From: a virus
Taxonomy: Duplodnaviria; Caudoviricetes
DNA: 63,214 nucleotides
IMG/VR virus record: IMGVR_UViG_3300009509_000021
Coordinates: 1 to 63,214 of that record
Reading direction: 5' to 3' (one strand)
The position numbers and the translations under genes were made by a program. Shown here piece by piece: positions 16,060 through 25,691 of this stretch (within the stretch, counting starts at the first letter, position 1; every line of letters begins with the position of its first letter). A model generated the notes under the pieces. That model saw only the letters and a program-made list of their open reading frames with translations, was not told the DNA's origin and did no database searches.

Positions 16060-16586
16060 CCATTCAGTCCGATAAACTTCGCTACCGTTAAGAGTTTCTT
16101 CTGCACCCACTCACCGAAGGTGCCGCTAGTGGTATGTCCGCTTATTGGCTCGTCCCACACCGCGTCTGCGATGTTGTCGAGGTCGCCTTGGCCGAGGGAC
16201 TGAGACTCGTTCCGGATCAGACCGGCTGAGTTCGTCGGAATCACTGTTACGAGGCTTGTCGGAACTAGGATCCCGTTTTCCACGTCGAATAAGTTGTTGT
16301 TTGATCCTTCCAACCTCACAGAGTATTGGCTTCCAGTGAACTGAAATTGGATGCTGAAACTGTTGATGAATTCAATTGTACGCGCATACGTCGTACCGGC
16401 TACAGTTACTTCCGTATTGTGCTGGTATGCGTCAGGTAGCCAGATATAAGGCTCGCTTGCCAGTAGAGTCATGACGTCTTTTCTGAACTGGTCTGTATCG
16501 AGTGAATACAGCGTACCAGTGACAAGCGTCAGGTCAGCCTGAGGAATCGTAATCAGGCGAGTTACTGGATCAAGATTGAGTGCCAT
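16056..16586 (-). CDS. Putative virion structural protein
   Basis: beta-rich; IADAVWDE...GTFG motif typical of virion proteins. Confidence 0.55.
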   Translation of the reverse strand: MALNLDPVTRLITIPQADLTLVTGTLYSLDTDQFRKDVMTLLASEPYIWLPDAYQHNTEVTVAGTTYARTIEFINSFSIQFQFTGSQYSVRLEGSNNNLFDVENGILVPTSLVTVIPTNSAGLIRNESQSLGQGDLDNIADAVWDEPISGHTTSGTFGEWVQKKLLTVAKFIGLNG

Positions 16587-16923
16587 CCACGTCTTCCGGA
16601 GTTGTGCTGCCGCCTGTAGCCAGCCAGCTTACACGTTCAATGTTCCACTGCTGCCGGAACTGATCGAGTTCTTTGCGCATGTTGCTGACCAAGTTGACGA
16701 GATGATTGTTCTGTGAAGAAACGTCATCAACCAGTGCTCGCAGGATCTTCATCTCATTCATGACCCCCTTGACCGTGGCTTGCTCACCCATGGTCATCTT
16801 GGCCTTATTGATATCCTGCATGGCACCACGAAGCTCAGCTTCCGTCATGCGTCTTTCTTCAGGCGGGCCACGATCAATAGGAACGCCGTCGATATCTTCG
16901 TCTGTACTGCCAAATGAGCTCAT
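16570..16923 (-). CDS. Coiled-coil protein
   Basis: 117 aa, TAATG coupling. Confidence 0.6.
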   Translation of the reverse strand: MSSFGSTDEDIDGVPIDRGPPEERRMTEAELRGAMQDINKAKMTMGEQATVKGVMNEMKILRALVDDVSSQNNHLVNLVSNMRKELDQFRQQWNIERVSWLATGGSTTPEDVDGTQS

Positions 16924-18791
16924 TATTCGTCCAATAGCATTAGTGCTGTGATGTCGCTACCTGCACTAGCATCAGTCACAGTCAGCGTTGATTGTCGGTA
17001 ATAGGGAGAACTTGTGCTCTTTCTCGCCCATCCTTTGAGACCTTGCGATGCTGGCCAAGTCTTTGAGGACTGTACCACACCGGTAGTACTGGTTGTCCCA
17101 TACAAGGCTACGTAAGAGAATATCGGTGTGCCACCTGCTGATGCAGATGCGCTTGCACTCACTGTATAGGTAAATTGGGTGGTTGAAGTTACTGTAATTT
17201 GAGCCACCTTGTTGTACAGCTCATCCCCTGCATTCCTGATGACAACGTAATCATTAGTTGCCAATCCATGCGCAACCGATGCTGTCAGAGTAGCTGTACC
17301 ACCAGTTTGCGTGAGTGTTGATACGCCAGCTTGATACGGGAAGCCTGAACCACCGCCATTGTCAGAAGTCTCAAGTAGTACTCTAGCAGAGGCTACTGCA
17401 CTGCCTGTTTCGTCAATTGTTGTCACTTTCGTGGTGACAGGATCAACTACTAACGTAACCGTGATACCAGCTGCATCGTCAACACCGACGTTTGACGTTG
17501 TTGCCGGAGAACCACCTACTGTGCAGCCAACAAGGTTCACATTGATGGAACCTGATGTAGCATCAAACCTGAGCGTGGCATCGTTTGCATCGGCTGTTGA
17601 ACTAAAGCCAGTGAAATCGATGCCAGTCAGGGTTAGGTCATGGGCTACATTGGCACCGAACCGGATAGCATGGTGGGCGTTTGTGCCCTTGCTGAATGTG
17701 CAGTTATCAAGCTCGGTGATGGAGGTCGCGCCAGAGGTAGTGCGATTGTCATATACCGCGCCCTCGTCAGCGGCTACGGTAGGTGTAAGAATTTGTGATC
17801 CTGAGATGTCAGCTTCGTTGAGAATAATCTGTCCTGAGCTTGTCCACTGGCTGTTAGTGCATGAACTTGAGCCGTTCGGGTTGAACGTGGTTGTGGCACA
17901 GCGGGAAAAACGATTGTTGTCCCCCGCGAATGTGCCTACGTTGAGTGTCAGTACAGCGGGGTAATTGGTGCCGAGATGCTGGATAGTAATACCGTCCCAT
18001 TCGACATTCGAGCTGGCATTCCTGATCTCGAATTCGTTGAAACCAGTTGGTAGAAAGATGTCATTGAGGACGACGATGTTTCTGTTCGAGTCGCGAAAGT
18101 CTACCGCTGTTCCTGTCAGGCCCATGACAAAGCAACCATGGAACTGGTAGCCACCAGCAACCGGCGTGAGGAGGCCCCAGCGACGTGTCGTAGCAGCGTC
18201 GAATGTGGCCGCGCCAAGGAAGGTGGCATAGCCACTGGTCACGTCACCGTTGGTGCATTGAATCTCACGCCCATGCCTGAAGGCATCGATGGCATTCGGT
18301 GAACCCTTCAGCGAGCCTGAGCCGAGAATCTTCCACTGTGCACCAAAATACGTAGTCGCCGTGGGTGTGCCAGTGCTGGTCGATGGTGTCTGCGTGGGAT
18401 CGACGGCATAGGTTACCCACGAGAGCAGGTCGCTACCTTCTACGTCTGAGCCATCCACGTAGAACTGGTCGTATGATCCTGTGCCATCACCGATCAGCAC
18501 CTGACCACCACCCGCTGCGGTCGTGTCCATCAGGTTGCGGTTGGCCTGCCTGAGCCAGATGAACAGCGCGTCACCGGACGTGATGGTGGTTGCACCAGCA
18601 CTGTAGATCATGCCGCGAGTGTTGGCCGTGAAGCCAGCCTTCGAGATACAGGCGTCACCTTGGATGTAGTAATCCGTTTCCGAGGCGAGACCAGACGCAC
18701 CACCACCGAGAGCCGTCCAGTTGGTTGTACCACCGGCTGTATCTACCACGTTAATGGTGGATAGGTCAGTTGTATAACTCGGCGCTGCCAT
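16923..18791 (-). CDS. Putative fibre/adhesin protein (beta-helix-like)
   Basis: 622 aa, T/S/G/A-rich; beta-helix-like middle; AHGLATNDYVVI module. Confidence 0.6.
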   Translation of the reverse strand: MAAPSYTTDLSTINVVDTAGGTTNWTALGGGASGLASETDYYIQGDACISKAGFTANTRGMIYSAGATTITSGDALFIWLRQANRNLMDTTAAGGGQVLIGDGTGSYDQFYVDGSDVEGSDLLSWVTYAVDPTQTPSTSTGTPTATTYFGAQWKILGSGSLKGSPNAIDAFRHGREIQCTNGDVTSGYATFLGAATFDAATTRRWGLLTPVAGGYQFHGCFVMGLTGTAVDFRDSNRNIVVLNDIFLPTGFNEFEIRNASSNVEWDGITIQHLGTNYPAVLTLNVGTFAGDNNRFSRCATTTFNPNGSSSCTNSQWTSSGQIILNEADISGSQILTPTVAADEGAVYDNRTTSGATSITELDNCTFSKGTNAHHAIRFGANVAHDLTLTGIDFTGFSSTADANDATLRFDATSGSINVNLVGCTVGGSPATTSNVGVDDAAGITVTLVVDPVTTKVTTIDETGSAVASARVLLETSDNGGGSGFPYQAGVSTLTQTGGTATLTASVAHGLATNDYVVIRNAGDELYNKVAQITVTSTTQFTYTVSASASASAGGTPIFSYVALYGTTSTTGVVQSSKTWPASQGLKGWARKSTSSPYYRQSTLTVTDASAGSDITALMLLDE

Positions 18792-18964
18792 TATTCAAGA
18801 GCCTCTACTTCAGCATCAGTGAGGTTTTCAAAAGGCCCTGATGGTCCTGATTCTTTCAAAACAGTTTCACCACAGGTACAGACTACTTCTTGTGGAACTG
18901 GATCACTAACGCTAAACCAGATCACATCCCCGCAGTTGCTACAACGTGTTGCTTTTCTTGCCAT
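18791..18964 (-). CDS. 57-aa zinc-ribbon protein (not in ORF track)
   Basis: MARKATRCSNCGDVI...VCTCG; TAATG coupling to the 622-aa gene. Confidence 0.65.
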   Translation of the reverse strand: MARKATRCSNCGDVIWFSVSDPVPQEVVCTCGETVLKESGPSGPFENLTDAEVEALE

Positions 18965-19398
18965 GTTGAACGTGGTCCATAGTGATCGTTGATAAGCGTC
19001 AGTTTGTAGACTGCTCGCATGTCATCTCTTAGCAGTTGCCAACCTACTCGTGAAGGGTCTGTATCACCTACTTTTCCCCAATCTGTAATGCGGGGATCTT
19101 CTTGCTTATCTACGCAAATGACATCAATGTCGATGACAGTATTCAGCATTTGTAGACAAGCAAGAGAGATATAAAATTGCCCGTGAAAGAACCTTTTTGG
19201 GTCGGATCTCCTGCACCAAGACCGCCACACATCTGGGGGGTTTCGTAGCGGGACTATTACATGTCTCCCTTCTATACGCCGAAGTAGTGAATCCCAATCC
19301 GTTGTAGTATGGATATGGTCTTTGATACCAAGGCGCTCTTTCAGAAACCGTGTCCCAGTGTGAGGCGCTGATACGATAATTGGATCAGGTGTCGTCAA
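18922..19398 (-). CDS. Sulfotransferase-like P-loop protein
   Basis: IIVSAPHTGTRFL (5'-PSB-like) and VPLRNPPDVWRSW (3'-PB-like). Confidence 0.6.
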   Translation of the reverse strand: MTTPDPIIVSAPHTGTRFLKERLGIKDHIHTTTDWDSLLRRIEGRHVIVPLRNPPDVWRSWCRRSDPKRFFHGQFYISLACLQMLNTVIDIDVICVDKQEDPRITDWGKVGDTDPSRVGWQLLRDDMRAVYKLTLINDHYGPRSTWQEKQHVVATAGM

Positions 19399-21706
19399 TG
19401 CGATTCACCGACGCCGTACCACCGGTATTGGTCATATCACCGGTTGTTTCAGCCGTCTTAATTGGCGTTGCTCCACCGTCACGTACTCGAACAAAATGTG
19501 TTCTGTCTGAGCTATAAACGTAGCTGAAGCTATCTGACGTAGTAGTAGCTGTGTAGTCAAGATAACCAACAAAAACGTTGTTACCGCCGGTTGCGTTGTT
19601 GGTGCTGAAGTCCGTCGATGGGATGGTGAATGTATCTGCCGTGGTATCAAATGCTGTATACCGATGCAGCGAATACAGACCATCATCTCGCTCAATTCTG
19701 ATCGAGCCCTTGGTGCCCGCTGAAGTTGGCGTATCTGACGGAACACCCGGGGCCGGGTTGATAGGCACCGATGTAACGTTAGTAGCCGACAGCGTAGAGT
19801 TCAACGCCATTTGTGTAAAGTTGATATCACCAGCGTTATCTTCAGTAACCAGTACATAGTCGCCGGAGATAAAGCCAGAGACTGTGAAGGTAACGTTATT
19901 CGGTGGGTTAATCGGGTTGTTACCCAGATCGAAGAAGGTATCTGCTGCCGAAGTATCTGCAGCCTCCATACCAAGACCGTAGGCACCGATAAGTGCAGAA
20001 CCAGTCGATACACCAACAAACGGCGTCGATACACTGTATGCCACTGAATCAGCACTCAACGTGTAGTACGCAGGGTGATTACCCGGATCATACAAACGAG
20101 TGTTATTCAGCGGAGCTACACCCTTGGTCAACTGACCGTAGATGTTGCCAGTTGCTCCTTGATCGTCCAGTGCAAAGATTGCGAGCTCGCCAGCGGCGTT
20201 CTGTATTTCTTCACCGGCAGGCGTAGCGGAGACCGTTGCCTGTGCTCCCGATGACTGACCCGTGAAGGTATCGGAGATCGTGACCGTACCGAATTCGATG
20301 TCGATGATGAGCGACGTATCCGTGCCATCAACACTCAGTACTCGACCTTTCCACGTTGGCGTGGCCGTGTCCTCATGGACTGCCTCACCTACCGTGAATG
20401 GGCCACCCGTGACTGCACCATGGTTGACGTAAGTACCGAACACCCACTTCTCGTTGGTGGCAGCGGCTGGCGTACCAGTTTCCGTGTCATAAGCCATCGA
20501 GTGGGTTACACCACGATGCAGCTCACCATTCTGTCCATTGAGCGTGGATGCCGAGCTGTCGGCTGACAACAACTTCATACGCTCATAGAACTGGTTGATG
20601 GTGTACGTGTCTCTGTTCCACTCCGAGTAGTATTCCTCATTCGTACCATCACCAGAGATGTCGATGAGTCTCAGACCTTCGGTATTGGTGATCGTAGACC
20701 AGCCATTTACCGTGGCGAATGCCGTAGTGTTATTGAGGTCACCACTATCGGACAGAGCCAATACGTTGTTACCCGGGGAGGTGCCGTTGATGGAAAACTC
20801 ACCGTAGGTATTGCCGTAACGACGATTAGTGCCCAGAAGACGTCGGCGTCCAATATCTACACCAAAATCACGGACTTTGACCATGAAGCGATGAGAAATA
20901 CCGGCACCTGCATTAGCGTTAATAGGCACTGCGATGTTGTACACATCAGCTGCTACCCAGTCGTTCGACGTACCACCATACAGTTCAGCTACTGTAATAG
21001 TAGTAGATGAATTTGCCGTGACAATTCCCTGTGAACCATCTGTAACATTGCGAATGGTATAGCCAACCCACTCGTCTGTCGTCCAGCTGGCCGTCGAGTC
21101 CGTGAGGACAGTCGTGCTGGTGCCACCTGAATGCGAGCCAGCTTGCCAGCCGTAGTTCCAATAGTCATCTGACAGAATTGCACCATTCTGAATGACCTGA
21201 ATGTGAACGTCGCTATTGCCGAAGTTTACGATACCGTCCCAGCGTTCCTGCGTTGGTCCAACGCCTTGCGTAATGGATCCATCATACAAATGCTCAATAG
21301 CGGTAGCATCCACGTTGAACCCATTGGTCAGCGTGATAATGTTATCCGTTGAACGAGCCGAAGGATCGCTAGAGATGATATCCAGCTCATCATCGCCTGC
21401 AAACTCAGGGTCATCGGCCAGAGCCTGCAACCATCTATGGAACTGAATGACTGTTGCATAAGACGCAGCTTGTGTAGCTACGCCAGTACCGGTTCCGGCA
21501 CCTGTTGCCTCGAAACGCAATCCAACAGTATTGCTGGCTGCACCTACGAGCGTGAAGTCAGTCGTACCGACTGATCGAATTTGGTAATAGTCACCAGTAA
21601 CAAAACTACCAGCGTTTACCGTTGTCGTTGGACTGTGGTCAAATCCGATATACCGTATATTTCCGGTTGCACGATCGACACTCCAGTCACCATCTACCAT
21701 TGGCAT
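19385..21706 (-). CDS. Putative virion structural/adhesin protein
   Basis: 773 aa, acidic, T/G-rich beta modules (TVLTDSTASWTTDEWVG; FTVGE...TFTGQSSGAQATV). Confidence 0.6.
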   Translation of the reverse strand: MPMVDGDWSVDRATGNIRYIGFDHSPTTTVNAGSFVTGDYYQIRSVGTTDFTLVGAASNTVGLRFEATGAGTGTGVATQAASYATVIQFHRWLQALADDPEFAGDDELDIISSDPSARSTDNIITLTNGFNVDATAIEHLYDGSITQGVGPTQERWDGIVNFGNSDVHIQVIQNGAILSDDYWNYGWQAGSHSGGTSTTVLTDSTASWTTDEWVGYTIRNVTDGSQGIVTANSSTTITVAELYGGTSNDWVAADVYNIAVPINANAGAGISHRFMVKVRDFGVDIGRRRLLGTNRRYGNTYGEFSINGTSPGNNVLALSDSGDLNNTTAFATVNGWSTITNTEGLRLIDISGDGTNEEYYSEWNRDTYTINQFYERMKLLSADSSASTLNGQNGELHRGVTHSMAYDTETGTPAAATNEKWVFGTYVNHGAVTGGPFTVGEAVHEDTATPTWKGRVLSVDGTDTSLIIDIEFGTVTISDTFTGQSSGAQATVSATPAGEEIQNAAGELAIFALDDQGATGNIYGQLTKGVAPLNNTRLYDPGNHPAYYTLSADSVAYSVSTPFVGVSTGSALIGAYGLGMEAADTSAADTFFDLGNNPINPPNNVTFTVSGFISGDYVLVTEDNAGDINFTQMALNSTLSATNVTSVPINPAPGVPSDTPTSAGTKGSIRIERDDGLYSLHRYTAFDTTADTFTIPSTDFSTNNATGGNNVFVGYLDYTATTTSDSFSYVYSSDRTHFVRVRDGGATPIKTAETTGDMTNTGGTASVNRIDDT

Positions 21707-21717
21707 GATTCAAGTCC

Positions 21718-22173
21718 CTATGAGTATGTTAATGAAGCTCGGTTATCCCAGATATTATCTCTGTTGCTGTTTCCGTCAGCCCATTCAGTAACCGAATCGG
21801 TATTGCCGCTACCATCAACAGTAAAGGTTATCCGCCTGATTCTCCAAGCGGCAGAGCTCGTCGTAGTTCCGGGCAGAGCGTCGCCAACATACAAAGTGTC
21901 GCCGCCGTTTTCTTCGTCTACTCGCTGAGCGTTTGACATTTTTTCAATTCCAAAGTCAGTTCTTACCCAAGACCCCGGCGTGGCGTCATCGGGCTTGATG
22001 ACATCGACTCCGTCGTCAGAACGGGCGTCTGTATCATCAAATATGAACCATCCTTCTTCATCGCCCACGAGCAATGAAGCAAGGTCATTGTGGACCGGCG
22101 CATCCAGTGCGCGCAACTCCGCGTATGTTCTTGCACGTAGCGTCGCGGATCGTTGGACTCTTTGGATGCCCAT
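21718..22173 (-). CDS. Putative virion-associated protein
   Basis: DDGVDVIKP..GSWVR and YVGDALPG..SSAAWRIRRI..WDNRASLTYS modules. Confidence 0.55.
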   Translation of the reverse strand: MGIQRVQRSATLRARTYAELRALDAPVHNDLASLLVGDEEGWFIFDDTDARSDDGVDVIKPDDATPGSWVRTDFGIEKMSNAQRVDEENGGDTLYVGDALPGTTTSSAAWRIRRITFTVDGSGNTDSVTEWADGNSNRDNIWDNRASLTYS

Positions 22174-22174
22174 T

Positions 22175-22609
22175 TCACGCGACTGCCTTTAGCATACGAG
22201 AGGCCCATGAGCTTTTCTTCCAGAGGTCATCTCCGGGATGCACACAGGCCATGAATGTTTCGAGATCGGGGTGTTCGATGTGTTGGTAGTCACCAAGACC
22301 ATCGATTGGAGGGGGTTGTTGCTTACAAATAACCAGAGCTTTGATTGTGTCGTGTCCAAGCTGTTGCCACGCTTCTACTCTGTTGTTCCCCATTGCAATG
22401 CGAAAGCGTGGGGGGTTTCCTGAGTCAACTTCAACAACAATAGGGTTTCTTAACCCGTTCTCCTTGATGTTTTCTTTAAGCGCTAAGAACTCGTCGAGAG
22501 GCATACCCCCAGTCTTCAAATCACCGTGTCTCATGTGACTGAAGTTGAGGATATTCAGCCTTGCTATCGGTAACTCCTCAAAGTAGTAAGCCCGGTAGCG
22601 GGAGTACAT
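22175..22609 (-). CDS. ParB/sulfiredoxin-like N-terminal domain protein
   Basis: LKENIKENGLRNPIVV...IAMGNNRVEA..LG..TIKALV. Confidence 0.7.
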   Translation of the reverse strand: MYSRYRAYYFEELPIARLNILNFSHMRHGDLKTGGMPLDEFLALKENIKENGLRNPIVVEVDSGNPPRFRIAMGNNRVEAWQQLGHDTIKALVICKQQPPPIDGLGDYQHIEHPDLETFMACVHPGDDLWKKSSWASRMLKAVA

Positions 22610-22633
22610 AGCACCAGTTCCTTGTGACTACTG

Positions 22634-22662
22634 TTGACACGAGCTTGTTTATAAACGATATT
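22634..22662 (+). promoter_or_regulatory. Putative sigma70 promoter for the portal/structural operon
   Basis: TTGACA-17nt-GATATT; spacer contains palindrome GTTTATAAAC; divergent 84-nt gap. Confidence 0.5.
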
Positions 22663-22693
22663 CCGCATACTAGCAACTTATTGCGGACATGAA

Positions 22694-24736
22694 ATGGCGG
22701 GTATTCTCCAAGTAGCTTCTCCTCAGCAAGTCGCTGACTATGAAGCCCGCGTCCGAGCTGAAAGGGAACCTCCAATTCAGCCAATGGAAATTGAAGGATT
22801 GGTGGCGCTGATTCGTCGCGAGTTCAACGATGCCCGCAATGCTCGATATACCAATGGTGTGTCTCAGAGGCTCATTGAAGCCCAACGCACTTATCGAGGC
22901 GAGTACTCTCCTGAGAAGCTCCGTGCTATCAAAGCGTTTGGCGGGTCAGATGTCTACTCCCGGGTCACACCCACCAAATGTCGCGGAGCCACTTCTGTCC
23001 TCAGGGACTTGTATCTATCCGGATCCGAGCCTCCATGGGAGCTCCAACCAACTCCCATACCTACGCTACCTGAGGACATTGCCGAGGCCGTAATAGGCCT
23101 CGTGCAGTCTGAGGTGCAGGCAGCCCAGCAGCAAGGGCTGACCGTTAACGAAGATATGATCCGGGATCGTATGAACCAGATGTATAACGCAGCACAGATG
23201 GCTGCTATACGTACATCAATCGAAGAAGCCAAGGATGCAAGTCGTCAGCTCAATGATGTATTAACCGAGGGTGGTTTTTACCGAGCGCTCAAAGAATTCC
23301 TCATTGACCTGCCGATTTTCCCTATCGCTTGTATCAAGGGCCCCACCGTGCGGCTCAAGACCAAGGTTCGATGGAAAAATGGAAAGCCATCCCGAGAGAC
23401 CGCCCCCAAGCTATTCTGGGATCGCGTCAGCCCCATGGACTTGTATTTCACCCCTGATGCTGGACATCTAGACGAGTCCTATATCATTGAACATGTTAGG
23501 TATTCTCGGCAGGAACTATACAATTTGATTGGCGTCCCGGGGTTCAAAGAGGACGAGATCAGAGCAGTACTGGCTGACTTCAAAGATAAAACTCAGTCCC
23601 GTCAGTGGAGGGACTGGTTTGATGAGGAAAGGGAAGACCTTGAGGACCGAGACCACTGGGAGTCCGCCCGTGGCCAGCTAATTGACGCTCTTGAGTGGCA
23701 TGGTTGCGTACAGGGACAGATGCTGCTGGACCACGGGTTTACCGAGAAAGACATCCCGGACCCTGAACAGGAATACATGGTTGATGCGTGGCTAGTTGAC
23801 CGCTATTGCATCAAAGCACAAATCTCTCCGGGCGTTACGCAACGTCCCAAGTACTACATCACCAGTTTTGAAAAGATCCCCGGATCCATTTGGGGCTATG
23901 GCTTACCAGACATTCTGCAAGATATCACGTCTGTCTGTAACACCACGATGCGCAGTATTGTCAACAACCTGTCAATAAGCTCCGGCCCGCAGGTTATTGT
24001 CAATCTCGATCGATTAGCTCAGACCGAGGATGCGAACACTCTCTACCCGTGGAAACGTTGGCATGTGGTAGATGATCCGTTGGGCAACAACACTCAGAAA
24101 CCTATCGAGTTCTACCAGCCCAACTCCAACGTTCAGGAGCTAATGGCCGTCTATGAGAAGTTTGCAAACATGGCGGACGAAGCATCGGCTCTCCCCAAGT
24201 ACCTCACCGGCTCGGGCGCAACTGGCGGCGCAGGCCGTACAGCGTCTGGTCTTGCGATGCTTATGGATAACGCATCTAAAGTTATGCAGAACGTCGCGGC
24301 GAATGTGGATGATGACATCCTCACACCTTCTATAGAGGGCTTGTACGAGATGGTCATGATGAGTTCGCAGGGGCCAGAACTCAGAGGCGACGAGACCATT
24401 GTTGTCAAGGGCGTGACAGTAGCCGTCCAGAAGGAAACGGACCGGATGCGCAAACTTGAGTTCTTGCAGATGACCGCGAACCCGATTGACATGCAAATCA
24501 TGGGTATCCCGGGCCGCGCTGCTGTACTCGAAGATGTTGCGGAAGAACTTGGTATGAAAGGGAAAAAGATAGTACCATCTCCCGAAGAACTTGGTGGCAT
24601 GGGGCAACCCCCACCGCCACAAGTAGGAGGAGCTCCGGGTGGGCCACAGGCAGCTCAAGCTCCGGAAGCAGGCCGTGACCCCGCTATGGCAGCGAGACAA
24701 GGCCAAGAAAATGTGACCCGAGGAGTCGTTCAATGA
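22694..24736 (+). CDS. Portal protein
   Basis: 680 aa; RVSPMDLYF, IWGYGLP, N..ISSGPQ, RTASGLAML; Q/P-rich tail; upstream of scaffold and capsid. Confidence 0.88.
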   Translation: MAGILQVASPQQVADYEARVRAEREPPIQPMEIEGLVALIRREFNDARNARYTNGVSQRLIEAQRTYRGEYSPEKLRAIKAFGGSDVYSRVTPTKCRGATSVLRDLYLSGSEPPWELQPTPIPTLPEDIAEAVIGLVQSEVQAAQQQGLTVNEDMIRDRMNQMYNAAQMAAIRTSIEEAKDASRQLNDVLTEGGFYRALKEFLIDLPIFPIACIKGPTVRLKTKVRWKNGKPSRETAPKLFWDRVSPMDLYFTPDAGHLDESYIIEHVRYSRQELYNLIGVPGFKEDEIRAVLADFKDKTQSRQWRDWFDEEREDLEDRDHWESARGQLIDALEWHGCVQGQMLLDHGFTEKDIPDPEQEYMVDAWLVDRYCIKAQISPGVTQRPKYYITSFEKIPGSIWGYGLPDILQDITSVCNTTMRSIVNNLSISSGPQVIVNLDRLAQTEDANTLYPWKRWHVVDDPLGNNTQKPIEFYQPNSNVQELMAVYEKFANMADEASALPKYLTGSGATGGAGRTASGLAMLMDNASKVMQNVAANVDDDILTPSIEGLYEMVMMSSQGPELRGDETIVVKGVTVAVQKETDRMRKLEFLQMTANPIDMQIMGIPGRAAVLEDVAEELGMKGKKIVPSPEELGGMGQPPPPQVGGAPGGPQAAQAPEAGRDPAMAARQGQENVTRGVVQ

Positions 24737-24906
24737 AGAACCTTAACTCATCGCTCGTTAAGAGGCATGGAAAGCCTCTGTCCTATACGGATGGCGAGCA
24801 TACCCAGTCGAAGACCAAAGGTGGCGGAAAGAACTCGTCCATCATGTCGAATCCAAACACCAAGTCGGATCGTTGCGGCTACGGCGTTAACGGCGTCGGC
24901 AAGTAA
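24733..24906 (+). CDS. Small basic protein (57 aa, not in ORF track)
   Basis: ATGA coupling with portal; AGGAG RBS. Confidence 0.55.
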   Translation: MKNLNSSLVKRHGKPLSYTDGEHTQSKTKGGGKNSSIMSNPNTKSDRCGYGVNGVGK

Positions 24907-24916
24907 GGGGGCAATC

Positions 24917-25192
24917 ATGGCCTACGAAACGTATCCGAAGAATGGCAAGACCGGTTCCCGACATGTGTTCAGTGGTGAAACCCACATGGACAGTTGGGCA
25001 TGGCGCGATGGTCGTGAGAAACGCGACGGCTATAAGCGCTCTGGCCGCGCTGAGTTCGCTGGCAAAGCCCAGTCGAGCGAGAAATTCCAAGTCGGTAAAG
25101 AATCTCCCGGCAACACGAGCAAGCGTGAGTATCCGAAGTCCGGACACAAAGGCGCGAAGTTCGGTTCTGTCAAGAAGCAGGGGAATCACTGA
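24917..25192 (+). CDS. Small basic protein
   Basis: Start MAYETYPK; YPK motif twice. Confidence 0.6.
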   Translation: MAYETYPKNGKTGSRHVFSGETHMDSWAWRDGREKRDGYKRSGRAEFAGKAQSSEKFQVGKESPGNTSKREYPKSGHKGAKFGSVKKQGNH

Positions 25193-25443
25193 TGTATTGC
25201 ACTGCCAACAAACGCGGAAAGAAGGCTAAGCGTCCCGGTACTGCTGGTACTGGTAAGGACGTGTCTCCTTCTACGATGTACAGCGCCGTTGAGTTTGGTG
25301 GCGGACGCCCAGATGGGTCTCGTCGTTTGACGAACAACTACGGCAAGACGGCTGGTAAACGCAATGAGTTCAAACCCGAAGTGGGTGACAACAGCAGGCG
25401 CACTGGCCGAATGTTCAACTGGATGAAGGGAGAGAGTTATTAA
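25192..25443 (+). CDS. Small basic protein
   Basis: 83 aa, TGATG coupling. Confidence 0.6.
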   Translation: MYCTANKRGKKAKRPGTAGTGKDVSPSTMYSAVEFGGGRPDGSRRLTNNYGKTAGKRNEFKPEVGDNSRRTGRMFNWMKGESY

Positions 25444-25678
25444 ACTCGATCAAGAAACTGCTGAGGCTATCGTTCGCTTAGCCAATAACAAGGACTTCAA
25501 GACGTTCCTTGATTGGTTTGACGATGCCCATGCGCTATTCGTCAATGGTGCTGTTATGGGGCACGACCCCAATTACAGCCCTGACGTACTACGTGGCCGT
25601 GCACAAGGGCTCTCCATTCTCAAAAATGAGATGGAAAAAGCACCTGAAGTTGCTGGCCGGATTCAGAGAATAAGCTAA
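25439..25678 (+). CDS. Small head-assembly-region protein with probable ATT start (not in ORF track)
   Basis: Open frame IKLDQETAEAIVRLANNKDFKTFLDWF...LRGRAQGL; AGGGAG upstream; no ATG/GTG/TTG near the 5' end. Confidence 0.6.
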   Translation: MKLDQETAEAIVRLANNKDFKTFLDWFDDAHALFVNGAVMGHDPNYSPDVLRGRAQGLSILKNEMEKAPEVAGRIQRIS

Positions 25679-25691
25679 GAGGAATACGCCC

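Noticed and set aside
16040-22690. Invertible (phase-variable) segment
   Set aside because: No flanking inverted repeats or recombinase gene seen.
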